Of a stretch of DNA of 58,187 nucleotides, positions 25,328 through 36,900 are shown in pieces. Positions within the stretch are counted from its first letter, which is position 1. Each line of letters starts with the position of its first letter. The stretch comes from Octopus sinensis (lineage: Eukaryota). A program made the translations under genes and the position numbers. Where the stretch lies: assembly GCF_006345805.1 (NCBI RefSeq), contig NW_021833643.1, positions 1 to 58,187 on the forward strand. Reading direction: 5' to 3'. A model generated the notes under the pieces. That model worked only from the letters and a program-made list of their open reading frames with translations. It did no database searches and was not told the DNA's origin.

Positions 25328-25717
25328 AAAGTTAATCCAAACAAGAAAACAAAAAGACAACAACGCAAGGATGTGGAATAAATAAAGTATTATTGGATGC
25401 TCAGGAAAGAAGGGAAGAAGGAGGGTTTGATGTTTTGAGCGGAGCTCTTCATCGGAAACATAGGAGAAGGAAAGATCCCGAGACGGGAGGACAGAGGATA
25501 AAAGATCGCCGGTGGTATTCATGAGGTCACATACTAAAAGACGGAAGTGGTAAAAAAGGAGGAAAATATTTTTAAAAACAAGAGAGTTATATCAAAGAAG
25601 GAATGGTAAAAAAGGTGTACGAGATGACAAGTGTGTGTGTGTGTGTGTATGGTGGACAATGGCTAGTAGCAGGCAGTAGTAGAATTAAGGAGTGGTGTGG
25701 GGGTACCCTAGCAAGTC
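25328..25717 (-). mobile_element. Penelope-like element remnant in (TA)n
   Basis: Longer copy of the 299-462 family; (TA)n at both ends; hammerhead at 25425-25459. Confidence 0.55.
25425..25459 (-). ncRNA. Degenerate hammerhead ribozyme motif, paralog of 328-364
   Basis: gttt-CCGATGA-A-GAGC(tcc)GCTC-AAAA-caTC-aaac; G12 to A lesion predicts it is inactive. Confidence 0.6.
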
Positions 25718-25828
25718 ATATATATATATACCGGAGTAAACACATAAATGTGAAACAAGGTGGAAAAAAGAGTACTCAAATACCAGTGGTAGAGTAATAT
25801 GCTTTATTTTAAGCAGCAGAAAATTCAA

Positions 25829-25878
25829 CAAAATCTGTTACTCTGAGTTTCTCGTTGCCGTTCATCGGACAGTTTTTG
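25829..25878 (-). ncRNA. Type I hammerhead ribozyme motif, left arm of palindrome (sense to the FAMeT gene)
   Basis: Mirror image of 25886-25935 with core CCGATGA and A.A at 10.1-11.1; predicted cut at 25839/25838. Confidence 0.65.
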
Positions 25879-25885
25879 ATTCTAG

Positions 25886-25935
25886 CAAAAACTGTCCGAC
25901 GAACGGCAACGGGAAACTCAGAGTAACAGATTTTG
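25886..25935 (+). ncRNA. Type I hammerhead ribozyme motif, right arm of palindrome
   Basis: caaaaactgt-CCGACGA-aCG(GCAA)CGg-GAA-ACT(cag)AGT-A-acagattttg: stem I 9/10 paired, GNRA loop in stem II, GUA cleavage triplet (cut 25925/25926); U4C and non-canonical 10.1-11.1 pair. Confidence 0.65.
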
Positions 25936-26251
25936 TTGAATTTTCTGCTGCTTAAAATAAAGTGTATATATATATATATATATATATACACTGGCAAAAA
26001 TAAATTTAAGACCGATGATAAAAGTTCTATTTCTTACAAAATATTTTGTTACTAACACCATACAAATTATTTCTATCTTTTACACTTTATGCAGAATTTA
26101 TTTCTCTTATGAATGATGCAGACAATAACTATTTTTATACAACTTGAAGAATTCTGATGCTAAATTAATATAAACGTTTCAAATTTATTTTCGCCATTGT
26201 GAGTGTGTGTATATATATATATATATATGCATGCACACACACACACACACA

Positions 26252-26467
26252 CAAGTGGGTGCTGAAAAGTTCCTGGCTTTACAGGTATCATGAAAGGCCT
26301 GGGTTGAGACCCAACCATCCGAGTTCTTTTACAGGGCTTACAGAATGTGAAGGACCCCTGCATTAAGTGTGTGAATCTGAGAGGGGAAGATGTTGAATGA
26401 AATCATAATTAACTGATCCTCCTGTATTTTCTTTTACCCAAAGCCAGGAACTTTTTTGCACCCTCTC

Positions 26468-26468
<1 letters not shown>
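26252..26468. mobile_element. Mariner-type MITE
   Basis: TIR gggtgctgaaaagttcctggctt / aagccaggaacttttttgcaccc; related end near 16055-16075. Confidence 0.7.
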
Positions 26469-26499
<31 letters not shown>

Positions 26500-27792
26500 A
26501 TGTATATACAACAAACAAAAATAGACAAAAAAATTAAATTAACTACTACTACAACAACTGGATGACTGACCTACAATAAACAATAGATTGTCTTTTAAGA
26601 ATTTAGTTTCAGTGAATAAATTTAGTTAAAAGTACATTTTATAAAACATTTTCCTTTTCTTTTCCACAGTTTTTACTATATTTCTGTATATTTTCTATAT
26701 GTTTTTTTTTTCTATATTTATTGTTATTTTCTATGCTAATATTGGTTAGGGTTAGATGAAATGAAATCTTGTTCTTATTGATACAATTTTAAACCAGGCC
26801 CGCCTAGATGAAGCAGATCTTTGTACAGAGACATTTCTGCATGACATTGCATAACCAGAACTACATTATTCAAGAAATCTTTCTATTTTTGAAGGTAGTA
26901 GAAAGCGATTTATGGGAGATTCACCTATCAACAGCAGATTTCATTAAGTGATGTTTTCATTGTTTTGCTTATCAGAACATAAGTTTTATACAGTTCTTAA
27001 AGCTGGCTGCCAATTCCATAAAGAAACTACTCAGGCAAGAAAAAAAAAAAAGGTGGAACTGTTTTGCTTGTCTATGAGGCAAAACAAATAAGAGACACAA
27101 ATATGTAAGCCTTCCTCAAAATTACAATATGATGTTATAAGGAATAAATTTTAATCTGGCTGGGAAACTACCAAATCCTCAAAGACAAAAACATTTCACC
27201 AAGCAGCCCAATCCATCAACACCTCTTCATTTCACGGATAGAATCCAATCTTGTGTCCTCCTTCAAGTTGTCAACAAACATCAAACAATGTCTCCTATGC
27301 ATACCAGTGATATACTGTGGGTCTTAGAGCACAAGTTTTTATGCTTCTTCTTGGTGCCACACACAATGATCTGATATGCAGAGACTTCGTTCTCCGATCT
27401 TGTTGGTCACTTTTGGAAAGTTTTCATATAGATGCTCAATGGTCATGTGTTTCTGTGTTTCTGTTTCCAGCCAAACTGTGTAGAAACCAGCCAAACTCTT
27501 CTTTGCTTATGTGGCAATTGTCTATGTTTTCTGCCATGCAAGAACACTGACTCAACAGTGGTAAGGAACAGTTTGATTTTCCTTCCCCTTGGGCATTCTC
27601 TTAAGTTTGTGATACATTTGTGCTTTTCTGACTTTAATGTCAGCATTGGGGCCATTTACCTAACTATGAGAATATCTGAAAATCCTAAAAGATTTGAGGT
27701 ACTTTATAGGAAACAGTAATGATAAAACTGATGTTTCTTTTTTTTATATATCATTAATCTCCTTTTGTATTTATTTTATATTTTGTATTTTT

Positions 27793-28236
27793 AGCAGTGT
27801 TATTGTATGGGGCTGAGACATGGCGAACAACAGTTAAGTCATATAAGCAAATACAATCATTCATCAACAGATGCTTGTGTAGTATACTTAAAATTAGATG
27901 GCCCGAACACATAAGCAATATGAAGCTATGGAAAAAACAAATCAAGTTTCGATTGGGGAGCAAATATTTAAGAAAAAGTGGAAGTGGATTGGTAGCACAA
28001 TTAGAAAAGACACACCAAATGTAGCGAAAAGTGCTTTACAGTGGAATCCGGATGGATATAGAAGGAGAGGTAGGCCCAAGAACTCGTGGCGGAGATCAAC
28101 ACAAAAGGAACTAGAGAAAGGGGGACATTCATGGCAGAGTATAAGTACAGAAGCGAAAAATTATGCGACATAGAATTCAACTATAAGTGGCCTATACTCC
28201 GCGTTGGAGGGTTAAAGGCATAAAGAAAGAAGAAAT
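27793..28236 (+). mobile_element. 3' fragment of a second RTE-type LINE
   Basis: LLYGAETWRTT...RCLCSILKIRWP..ISN, then after a frameshift KWKWIGSTIRK...ALQWNPDGYRRRGRPKNSWRR; (GAA)-rich tail. Confidence 0.85.
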
Positions 28237-28345
28237 CTCCTTTTGTAGTCTAATGTCTATCAAAGACAAAAGAAAGCTCGTGAATAATTAAATACATAAA
28301 ACACTGAAAGCATAAAAATTCCAATGTAAATCAAATTAAACTTAC

Positions 28346-28462
28346 TAATTGGTGTGCTAGTGTCATCAGGATCCTCAGGTTTTTCCACCAAAAGTTCGAC
28401 TCTTTTGATAAGTGAATACTTCTTCAGCAGAACCAAAGCTCTCTTAACGAAACCAATGTAAT
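28346..28462 (-). CDS. Internal coding exon of the same gene (YIGFVKRALVLLKKYSLIKRVELLVEKPEDPDDTSTPI)
   Basis: Pyrimidine-rich acceptor tttgtttattcttattttatgacAG and donor A|GTAAGT; 117 nt, phase 1-1; splices in frame to 25220 (A|AA=Lys). Confidence 0.72.
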
Positions 28463-28504
28463 CTGTCATAAAATAAGAATAAACAAATGACCAGATAAAT
28501 AAAG

Positions 28505-28889
28505 GGCGACCTGCTGTGCTTGAGGAGACCTATTGAGTCAAGTACATCAACATCAAAATATCAAATGGAAATTGTAGTTGTGATACCTGTGCCGGTGGCA
28601 CATAAAAAGCACCATCCGAATGTGGCTGATGCCAGCGGTACCTTGACTGGCTTCCATGCCGTGGCATGTAAAAAGCAACAACCGATCGTGGATGTTGCCA
28701 GCCTCGCTTGGCACCTGTGCAGGTGGCACGTAAAAGCACCCACTACACTCATAGAGTGGTTAGCGTTAGGAAGGGCATCCAGCTGTAGAAACACTGGTGC
28801 AGCCTCCTCGCTTCCCAGACCCCGGTCGAATTGTCCAACCCATGCTAGTATGGAAAACGGACATTAAATGATGATGATGATGATGATGA
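28505..28889 (+). mobile_element. RTE 3' UTR/tail about 40 nt from the acceptor of the 28462 exon
   Basis: Family UTR and (GAT)n tail. Confidence 0.8.
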
Positions 28890-29531
28890 CTTAATATGCA
28901 TAAATTCAATAAATCGAATCCCATATTCAATGAGACCATAGGAACACAGCAACAAACATGATCTGTATCATACTTGCTATATTTCTTCTTCCAGTCAGCA
29001 GCAAATATCATATCTTTGACCATCACCTCTGTTCATTCCTTAATGTTGCTTAACTAACTCTTTTTGAAGTCTTCCTGTACACACACACTCACATGCACGC
29101 ACACACGTACATATGAACACATATGAACATGCATACAAATAACCACACTCACCACACACACACACACTTATCTGTCTATCCATTCATCTATCTTTCTTTT
29201 TTATTTATCCATCTATCCATCTTCTGTCTCTCTCTCACATACACAATTCGCACATACACTCAAAATTGGTGACACTAAATTCTAATGTGGGAATCGTGGA
29301 GTACGAGACACAATGTGCTTTTCTATTTGCAAAGCATGATGGTTAATCTAACAGCTAGTAAGCCTACTCTTACACGTCATATAAAAAAAAAATTCCATAG
29401 ACCAGATAAACATGATGCACATGGATGGACTAGGTCACTCTACAGCACAGAATGTTTTTAACACATTTTGTTTATTTCTACTCATTTAGTACATTGTACT
29501 TCGGCTACACAGTAGTTTTACACTATCTTGG

Positions 29532-29902
29532 AAGCACTCCGTCGGTTACGACGACGAGGGTTCCGGTTAATCCGATCAACAGCCTGCTCGTGAAATTAAC
29601 ATGTAAGTGGCTGAGTACTCCACAGACACGTGTACCCTTAACGTAGTTCTCGGGGATATTCAGCGTGACACAGAGAGTGACAAGGCCAGCCCTTTGAAAT
29701 ACAGGTACAACAGAAACAGGAAGTAAGAGTGTGAGAAAGTTGTGGTGAAAAAGTACAGCAGGGATCACCACCATCCCTGCCGGAGCCTCGTGGAGCTTTT
29801 AGGTGATTTCGCTCAATAAACACTCACAACGCCCGGTCTGGGAATCGAAACCGCGATCCTACGACCGCGAGTCCGCTGCCCTAACCACTGGGCCATTGCG
29901 CC
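29532..29902 (-). mobile_element. SINE C, full length, young
   Basis: CpG-rich; reverse-complement head ggaggcgcaatggcccagtggttagggcagcg. Confidence 0.85.
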
Positions 29903-29994
29903 TCCTTTACACTATCACTAGTACAGCACATAAAGTAAAGTTTACCCTTCACTGTGGCGTAATCATACCAAACAATAAGAGTTGCTTCCCTTAC

Positions 29995-30009
29995 CTGCTG
30001 AGGGAGTCA
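29995..30009 (-). CDS. Candidate 15-nt microexon (M-TPSA-D), phase 1-1
   Basis: aaaatattttAG|TGACTCCCTCAGCAG|GTAAGG; strong donor, weak pyrimidine tract; frame-preserving between the 34829 and 28462 exons. Confidence 0.35.
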
Positions 30010-30040
30010 CTAAAATATTTTACGTTAAAAATATTTAAAA

Positions 30041-30428
30041 CTAGCAGTATAGCCCGGCGTTGCTCAGGCTTGTTTTCTTTTTGAATCTTTAGAATTGGAA
30101 TTTTTGAAAAGTAAAAATTTTGCATTATGTAGCTGGTTATTCTCTTTTAGTGAACATTTTTCTGGTTGAAATACACCGAAAAATGACGACACAGCAGTAA
30201 AAAAATCGTAAAAACTAAGGGTTTTTATAGAAAAAAAGCACCTTATTGATGTAAATAATTTTTGGTGTTAACATGGTCCGATTTAAATTTTTTCTTCTGC
30301 GGATGGAAGAGCAAGCCTTCTTCTATCATACTCTCTCAATTTTGGTTAACTTGCACCGCAGGGTCTCTGAGGAGATAGTGTTAGTTGAAGGCTACCAAAC
30401 CTGCCATACACAGACAACTTCAGAGAGA
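30041..30428 (-). mobile_element. Helitron of a related subfamily (same 3' end, different interior)
   Basis: ctagcagtatagcccggcgttgctc end; 5' TC at 30428-30427 is tentative. Confidence 0.65.
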
Positions 30429-30834
30429 TATTATTCGTGAAGTTAATGCCGTCCTCTTCTGCTTCACGTAACTTTCAGTTGACACGTAGATCACCATCAT
30501 CACAGAAGGGAACAGAATACATTTTATGTACCAAGGAAACCAACCATTTGTTACTTTTTAAAGATTTTGGAGAAAATAGATGTGCCTATTGTTTCTAGTA
30601 AGAGGACTAAACCTTCATTTCTAGAAAGTACAAAATTTGTTGTTAGTATTGATGTAGCCCTGCTCAGAATTTATTGAGCAATCTCATGATTAGAAACGTA
30701 CCAAACATGACCACCGGTTGCTGTATATTTAGTTTTGCATGAGCCAAGATGGCTTGTCTTCTTGAACTGATTGTCGAATGTGACCTCAGCGAAATTTGGC
30801 TGCTAAATCGAGCAAGTCGTTCAATCGTTTGCAG

Positions 30835-31188
30835 CAATGGTTCTCTACCAATTTTTTTTTATCTATGGATCCCTTTGATTATCATTTTATTCTGGTGCAC
30901 CCCCATAGCCCTTTGATGTCTACAAACTACTTTTACAGCAACTTCTTTCAAAATACCTATTTTGTTTTTCACACATCACCTTGTGTAGTTTGAATTAAGT
31001 AAAATTTTAGAGAAAGAAACTTAACTGTATCTGGTAATAAATACCAATACATACATCTAAAGCAAATCTTTTTTCAGGTAACCTTAAAATAATATTATGG
31101 ATCCTCAATTTATTATTTCATTAACACGGATCCCCAAGAATGTTATGTGGACCTCAGGGGCCATAAGGGCGCCGGTTGAGAACCAATG
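30835..31188. mobile_element. hAT-type MITE
   Basis: CAATGGTTCTCTACC...GGTTGAGAACCAATG termini; TSD not recognisable; relative at about 39690-40172 with an internal duplication. Confidence 0.6.
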
Positions 31189-31354
31189 ATATAGTGTGGA
31201 AATTTTGGCGGATTTTTGCTCACGGCTGTTACTGTACTAGTTAGGCAAGGAAACACGAAAAAAAATATTGATCATGGATATTTATTTTCAGTATAAAAAT
31301 AAACGAAATGCAAGTACTGAAATTCGTTCCATAAATTTTTCAACGTAGTATGTT

Positions 31355-31610
31355 GGGTTATTTCCCCTTACACAACTCCGGATTATTTCCCTTGACAACA
31401 CTTCAAGTTAGTGTGTAAGGGTATTACACAGCTTCGGCTTATTACCACTTACAATACTTCAGATTATTTCCCTTTACATAACTTCAGATTATTTCCCTTT
31501 ACATAATTTCAGATTATTTCCCTTTACATAACTTCAGATTATCTCCCTTTACATAATTTCAGGTTTTTCTCACTTTACCTAACTTCGGATTATTCTTCTT
31601 TACATCTAGT
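31355..31610 (+). repeat. Minisatellite, about 25-bp unit (acttcagattatttccctttacata)
   Basis: About 9 copies, homogeneous in the centre. Confidence 0.85.
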
Positions 31611-32342
31611 GTCAGGGAGATGAACGTAGAACAGAAAATAAAATTCATTCTACGTAACTCCCATGAAACCCCTTCCAAGACTTGCTTTCAATAGGCTCGA
31701 ACTAATACCAATGTGCTTAATATATGGGTTGAGAGTAAATAACAAAATATAGATAATATCTTCTCCAACGAAATAAAGTTTAGATCTGGGAAAATATTTT
31801 TCATAAATATAAAAAAAAACACTCTTACAACAAACAAATCATACATACATACTGACAGCCACAAAAAGGTCTCAGTCTGATTTTGGTTAGGTTTCTATGG
31901 TAGGATGACTTTCCTAATGCCAACCACTCCGAGGTTGTAGTGGGTGCATTATACGTGCCACCAGCATGGTTGTCATTTACAAGACACTGACAATGGGCAT
32001 GACTATGAAACTTATGTGTGTGTGTGTGTGTGAGTGTACATACGTGTGTGTATATATATATAATTGCAGCGTGGAAGGTGTTTATAAGCCATTTAAGAAA
32101 CACACGGTTTTGTGTGGTTCTTAAATGGCTTATAAACACCTTCCACACTGCAATTGTTTTCCTTCCAGCACACGATCTCAGATCAAGTCACTTGCTATGC
32201 AAGTACATCTCCGTAATATATATATATATATATATATATACTCACACACACACATATATAACTACACACACACACATACACATATACACACACACACACA
32301 CACATATATGTATGTTAGTGTGTGTGCATTTACATATTCTTA

Positions 32343-32830
32343 TACTTCTTTCAGTCATTTGACTATGGTCATGCTGGAGCACCACCTTTAGTCGAGCAAA
32401 TCGACCCGAGGATTAATTCTTAAAAGCCTAGTACTTATCCTATTGGTCCCTTTTGCCAAACCACTAAGGGGACATAAACACACCAGCATCAGTTGTCAAG
32501 CAATGGTAGGGGCGTGAAACACAGACACACACATATGTATATATACTATGGGCTTCTTTCAGTTTCCATCAACCAAATCCACTCACAAGGATTTGGTCGA
32601 CTTTGCCTTTCATCCTTTCGGGGTCGATTAAATAAGTACCAGTACCACACTGGGGTCGATATAATCAACTTAATCTATTTGTCTGTCCTTGTTTGCCTCC
32701 TCTGTGTTTAGCCCCTTGTGGGTAGTAAAGAAATAGGTATAGTAGAAGACACTTGCCCAAGGTGCCATGCAGTGGGACTGATCTCTAGGGCTATGTGGTT
32801 GGTAAGCAAGCTACTTACCACACAGCCATT
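32343..32830 (-). mobile_element. SINE A interrupted by a 5'-truncated SINE B (about 32595-32736, +)
   Basis: Junction uses the shared ggtcg microhomology. Confidence 0.8.
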
Positions 32831-32892
32831 TCTGCACCTCTATCTATGCATGTACTATACACATACTTTCTATTTATGTCAGTATTTTTAAA

Positions 32893-33213
32893 TCACATTC
32901 TATTATGTCACTGTCACCATGACCGACCAGGCTATCAGATGTTGCTACACATCGCTGGTTACAATGCACTTCGCATTGTTTTAGCCTTCAAATGACGCCA
33001 CCCCGCTGGCTAAGCGAGCAGGCCAACAGAAGAAAGAGTGAGAGAAAGTTGTGGCGAAAGAGTACAGCAGGGATCACCACCATCCCCTGCTGGAGCCTCG
33101 TGGAGCTTTTGGGTGTTTTCGCTCAATAAACACACACAACGCCCAGTCTGGGAATCAAAACCATGATCCTCCGACCACGAGACTACTGCCCTAACCACTG
33201 GGCCATTGCGCCT
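32893..33213 (-). mobile_element. SINE C relative with a different 3' half
   Basis: Head and centre match 29730-29902; tail differs. Confidence 0.75.
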
Positions 33214-33589
33214 CCACTCTATTATGTATAAATACCAATTATCTAATTTATGTCACTGATAATAACATGGCCTGCGACTTAGTCTCGGTACAGTGATTGA
33301 ATTAAATACTTTCTTTATGGGTAGATGGAGTTAGGGATACTTGTCTTCTGAGTAATCAACAAGCCATGAAATATGTCAAAAAATCCTCATTTATTTCTCT
33401 CTGTATAAAGAAATTAACTAAATGTATTCCCACTGTTTTCAAATTTCACAACAAAAGGCTTAAACTGGTTTAAATTTCAGTTATATTTTCTAGTTGATGT
33501 AGTACCGTGCTTAAGTATTGTGTGTGTGTATGTAGTTGTTCTTGTGTGTGTGTGTACATGTACTTGTGTGTGCAGGTCATTCAGCTGAA

Positions 33590-33875
33590 TGTTCATCCAT
33601 CATCTTTGACAGGAGATTCCATTGCCGGTGGCACATGTAAAGCACCATCCGATCGTGGCCGTTTGCCAGACTCGTCTGGCACCTGTGCAGGTGGCACGTA
33701 AAAAGCACCCAGTACACTCATGGAGTGGTTGGTGTTAGGAAGGGCATCCAGCCGTAGAAACATTGCCAGATCAGACTGGGCCTGGTGCAGCCTTCTGGCT
33801 TCCCAGACCCCAGTTGAACCGTCCAACCCATGCTAGCATGGAAAGCGGATGCTAAACGATGATGATGATGATGAT
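33590..33875 (+). mobile_element. RTE 3' tail
   Basis: Family core and (GAT)n. Confidence 0.8.
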
Positions 33876-34828
33876 ATATGCAGTATGTGTTTGTGTGTGT
33901 GTAGTACACCATATACCTGTCCAGGTAACGTTGATTTGATGGAGGGAGGGAACTAATGTACAACACAAATATAATGCATTTGTACAGGGTTTTCAACAAG
34001 AAGTTGTGGAATCATGTTTCTCAGGTCCAAGAGATTACCAACAACAAACACTTTCCCTATGTGTAGAATACTGAAATGTGCACCAATAGTAGAATTTCTT
34101 GAACACATCAATTCCCACATGACCCATCATAGGGTCATGGTGTTACGTTTGCAAAACCCATATGATTTCTGGTGGGCCATCTTATTATTTCTTTTCGATG
34201 AGCCCTTTTGGGAGTTGGCATGTTATTGCTGCTTAAACTAGTAATTACAGTCCACTAGAACTTCTATTTTTTTCATATATTTTGTAATTTATTTTGCATT
34301 TTCTTTTGATTTTTCGCATTTATATCATACTGATAAAATGTCTGATTGAACAGAATATAAAATTAACAGAAGGGAACAGAATACATTTTATGTACCAAGG
34401 AAACCAACCATTTGTTACTTTTTAAAGATTTTGGAGAAAATACATGTGCCTACTGTTTCTAGTAAGAGGACTGAACCTTCATTCAATTCATTTAAAGGAA
34501 TTATATACGAGTCAAATTCAGTATTTATGAAATCTGAATATTCACATCTTCAATATCATTGACGTCCTAATAGCCAAGAATTTGAATTTATTTTATGATC
34601 CACTGGAAGGTCTAGTTCATAAAATGAACTTAGATATCAAAAATGACCTACAAGTGGATCATGGAAAAAAAAAAAGTCTATTTAACCCCGGTTTATGCGT
34701 GATACAGAGAAAAAAATCATTAAGGCATTGATATCAAAATTAGATAAGATATTGAACTGGAACCCTGGAACAAAATAAGAAATAAGGCTCAGGAGTCAAT
34801 ATATTTAAAAACAATATAAACAACATAC

Positions 34829-34940
34829 TTTTTGGAAAGTCTTCTTGGTTCATCAATTCCTGAAAGTAATCAGTGAAGGCCCTCTTTTTAGTGACTCCAT
34901 CAGCTCGACCTAGGAACCAAAACCTGAGGGTCCAATAGTC
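34829..34940 (-). CDS. Upstream coding exon of the same gene (DYWTLRFWFLGRADGVTKKRAFTDYFQELMNQEDFPK)
   Basis: Acceptor ctctcttttcctgatctggtattgcAG and donor A|GTATGT; 112 nt, phase 0-1; in frame with the 28462 exon (FPK-N-YIGF). An alternative inner acceptor at 34860 would give a 31-nt exon. Confidence 0.6.
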
Positions 34941-35347
34941 CTGCAATACCAGATCAGGAAAAGAGAGTAATTATTATTATTATTATTATTATTATAAAAA
35001 ACAGTAAAGCAGTAAAGATCCCCTTTGGTGATGAATGACCAATGGGATTGCACATAAAAAGTTCCCTTGCAAGGCACAAATCTGGGCAAGATTGTATTTA
35101 GAAGACCATCAGTCACCCATGCATACCAGCCTCTCCTCTCCACGCCACCGATGTTATCCAAGGGAAAGGCAAAGGCTGATACAGTTTGGCATCTATGACA
35201 TCGCAACTATTTCCTACAGCTGAGTGAACTGGAGCAACGTGAAATAAAGTGTCTTGCTCAAGAACACAACACATAGCCTGGTCTGGGAATCAAATTCACT
35301 ATCTCGTGATTGTTAGCCCAATGCCCTAACAACTGAGCCATGTACCT

Positions 35348-35351
35348 TTAG

Positions 35352-35389
<38 letters not shown>

Positions 35390-35530
35390 TATCATCATTA
35401 TTATTATTATTATTATTGTTATTATCATTATTATTATCATTATTATTATTGTTATTATCATTATTATTATTATTATTATTATCATCATTATTATTATTGT
35501 TATTATCATTATCATTATTATTATTATTAT
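35348..35530. repeat. (ATT)n/(ATC) microsatellite
   Basis: Direct reading. Confidence 0.95.
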
Positions 35531-36230
35531 AGGAAATGTAGAATTGAACAAATTACATAACCATATTTTTTATCTTTAACTTGTTTCACTCACTGGATTG
35601 CAGCCATGCTTTGACACCCCAATGAAGGGTTTCACTGAACAATACTTAGTTTTGTTCTTGAAGTCTAGAACTTATTCTATCCCTTTCCTTTTGGCAAACT
35701 ACTATGTTAAAAGGATGTAAACAAACCAATGCTAGTTGACAAACCATGGAGGGAAGTGTTAGAAACCGTTAGAAAAAACCCCCAGGTAAATCCTCTTTAA
35801 ACTACACCCTATTGTCTTATAAATTAAAAAAAAAAGGAAGAATGTATTGGATAGTCTTTGATAATGTTAGGAAGACTGTGCCTTTTGATCATAAGTCTGC
35901 TTGATCAGAATTGGCTTTGGGGTATCAACAACAAGAACACCACCATCAAAGAACTGTATATACAAAAGTTGTATAATCTACTAGATATAGTAGCCAACAC
36001 TTCCTGAAATCACACTCTATTGTTTATAAGAAAGAAGGATGAATTAGGCAATGTAATTCTAAATATACAAAAATAATAAATATAAAGTGATCGTGATTGG
36101 AATACATTTGATCAAAGGTCCATTTCAATAAAGGCTGAACTGGGGAACAACAACAACAACAACAACATCAATGTAACTATTATATTGTGCCCAGTAGAAC
36201 ATAATAGCTTCATTTCTATCCCTATAGCAT

Positions 36231-36278
<48 letters not shown>

Positions 36279-36544
36279 CATACATACACGCATACATATG
36301 CAAACACACATACATCCACATACAGATGCACACACACATATCCAAACACACACAAACACACATGAACACCCACACACATGCACACACATATGCACACAAA
36401 GACCAGCACACAACCACATGTTCACACACCTACACAGATGCACACACACATACACACAAGCACACACACAATGCTTTGAAGCTTGTTCACTCTATTTTAT
36501 CTATACACACACATATATGCAAACACACATACATCCACATACAG

Positions 36545-36900
36545 GTGTGCACACACACATATCCAAACACACACAAACACACATGAACACACACACACAT
36601 ACACACACAGACAAACACACATCCACATGTGCACACACCCCCACAGATGCACACACACATACACACACAGACAAACACACATCCACATGTGCACACACCC
36701 CCACAGATGCACACACACATACACACACAGACAAACACACATCCACATGTGCACACACCCCCACAGATGCACACACACATACACACACAGACAAACACAC
36801 ATCCACATGTGCACACACCCCCACAGATGCACACACACATACACACACAGACAAACACACATCCACATGTTCACACACCCCCACAGATGCACACACACAT
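36545..36900 (+). repeat. 60-bp minisatellite derived from (CA)n
   Basis: The 60-base lines starting at 36661, 36721 and 36781 are identical. Confidence 0.95.

Larger units (their letters stand above)
25731..25962. mobile_element. Second Penelope-like pLTR with inverted partial duplicate (161-bp palindrome 25802-25962)
   Basis: 77-bp arms, 7-nt spacer, 2 mismatches; flanked by (TA)n; AATAAA lies downstream of each hammerhead. Confidence 0.55.

Noticed and set aside
28920-29030. Minus ORF MVKDMIFAADWKKKYSK with a GTATGA donor
   Set aside because: No pyrimidine tract; phase-2 donor is incompatible with the phase-1 exon downstream.
31355-31610. Regular short repeats as a CRISPR-like array
   Set aside because: Contiguous tandem units without unique spacers, in eukaryotic DNA.
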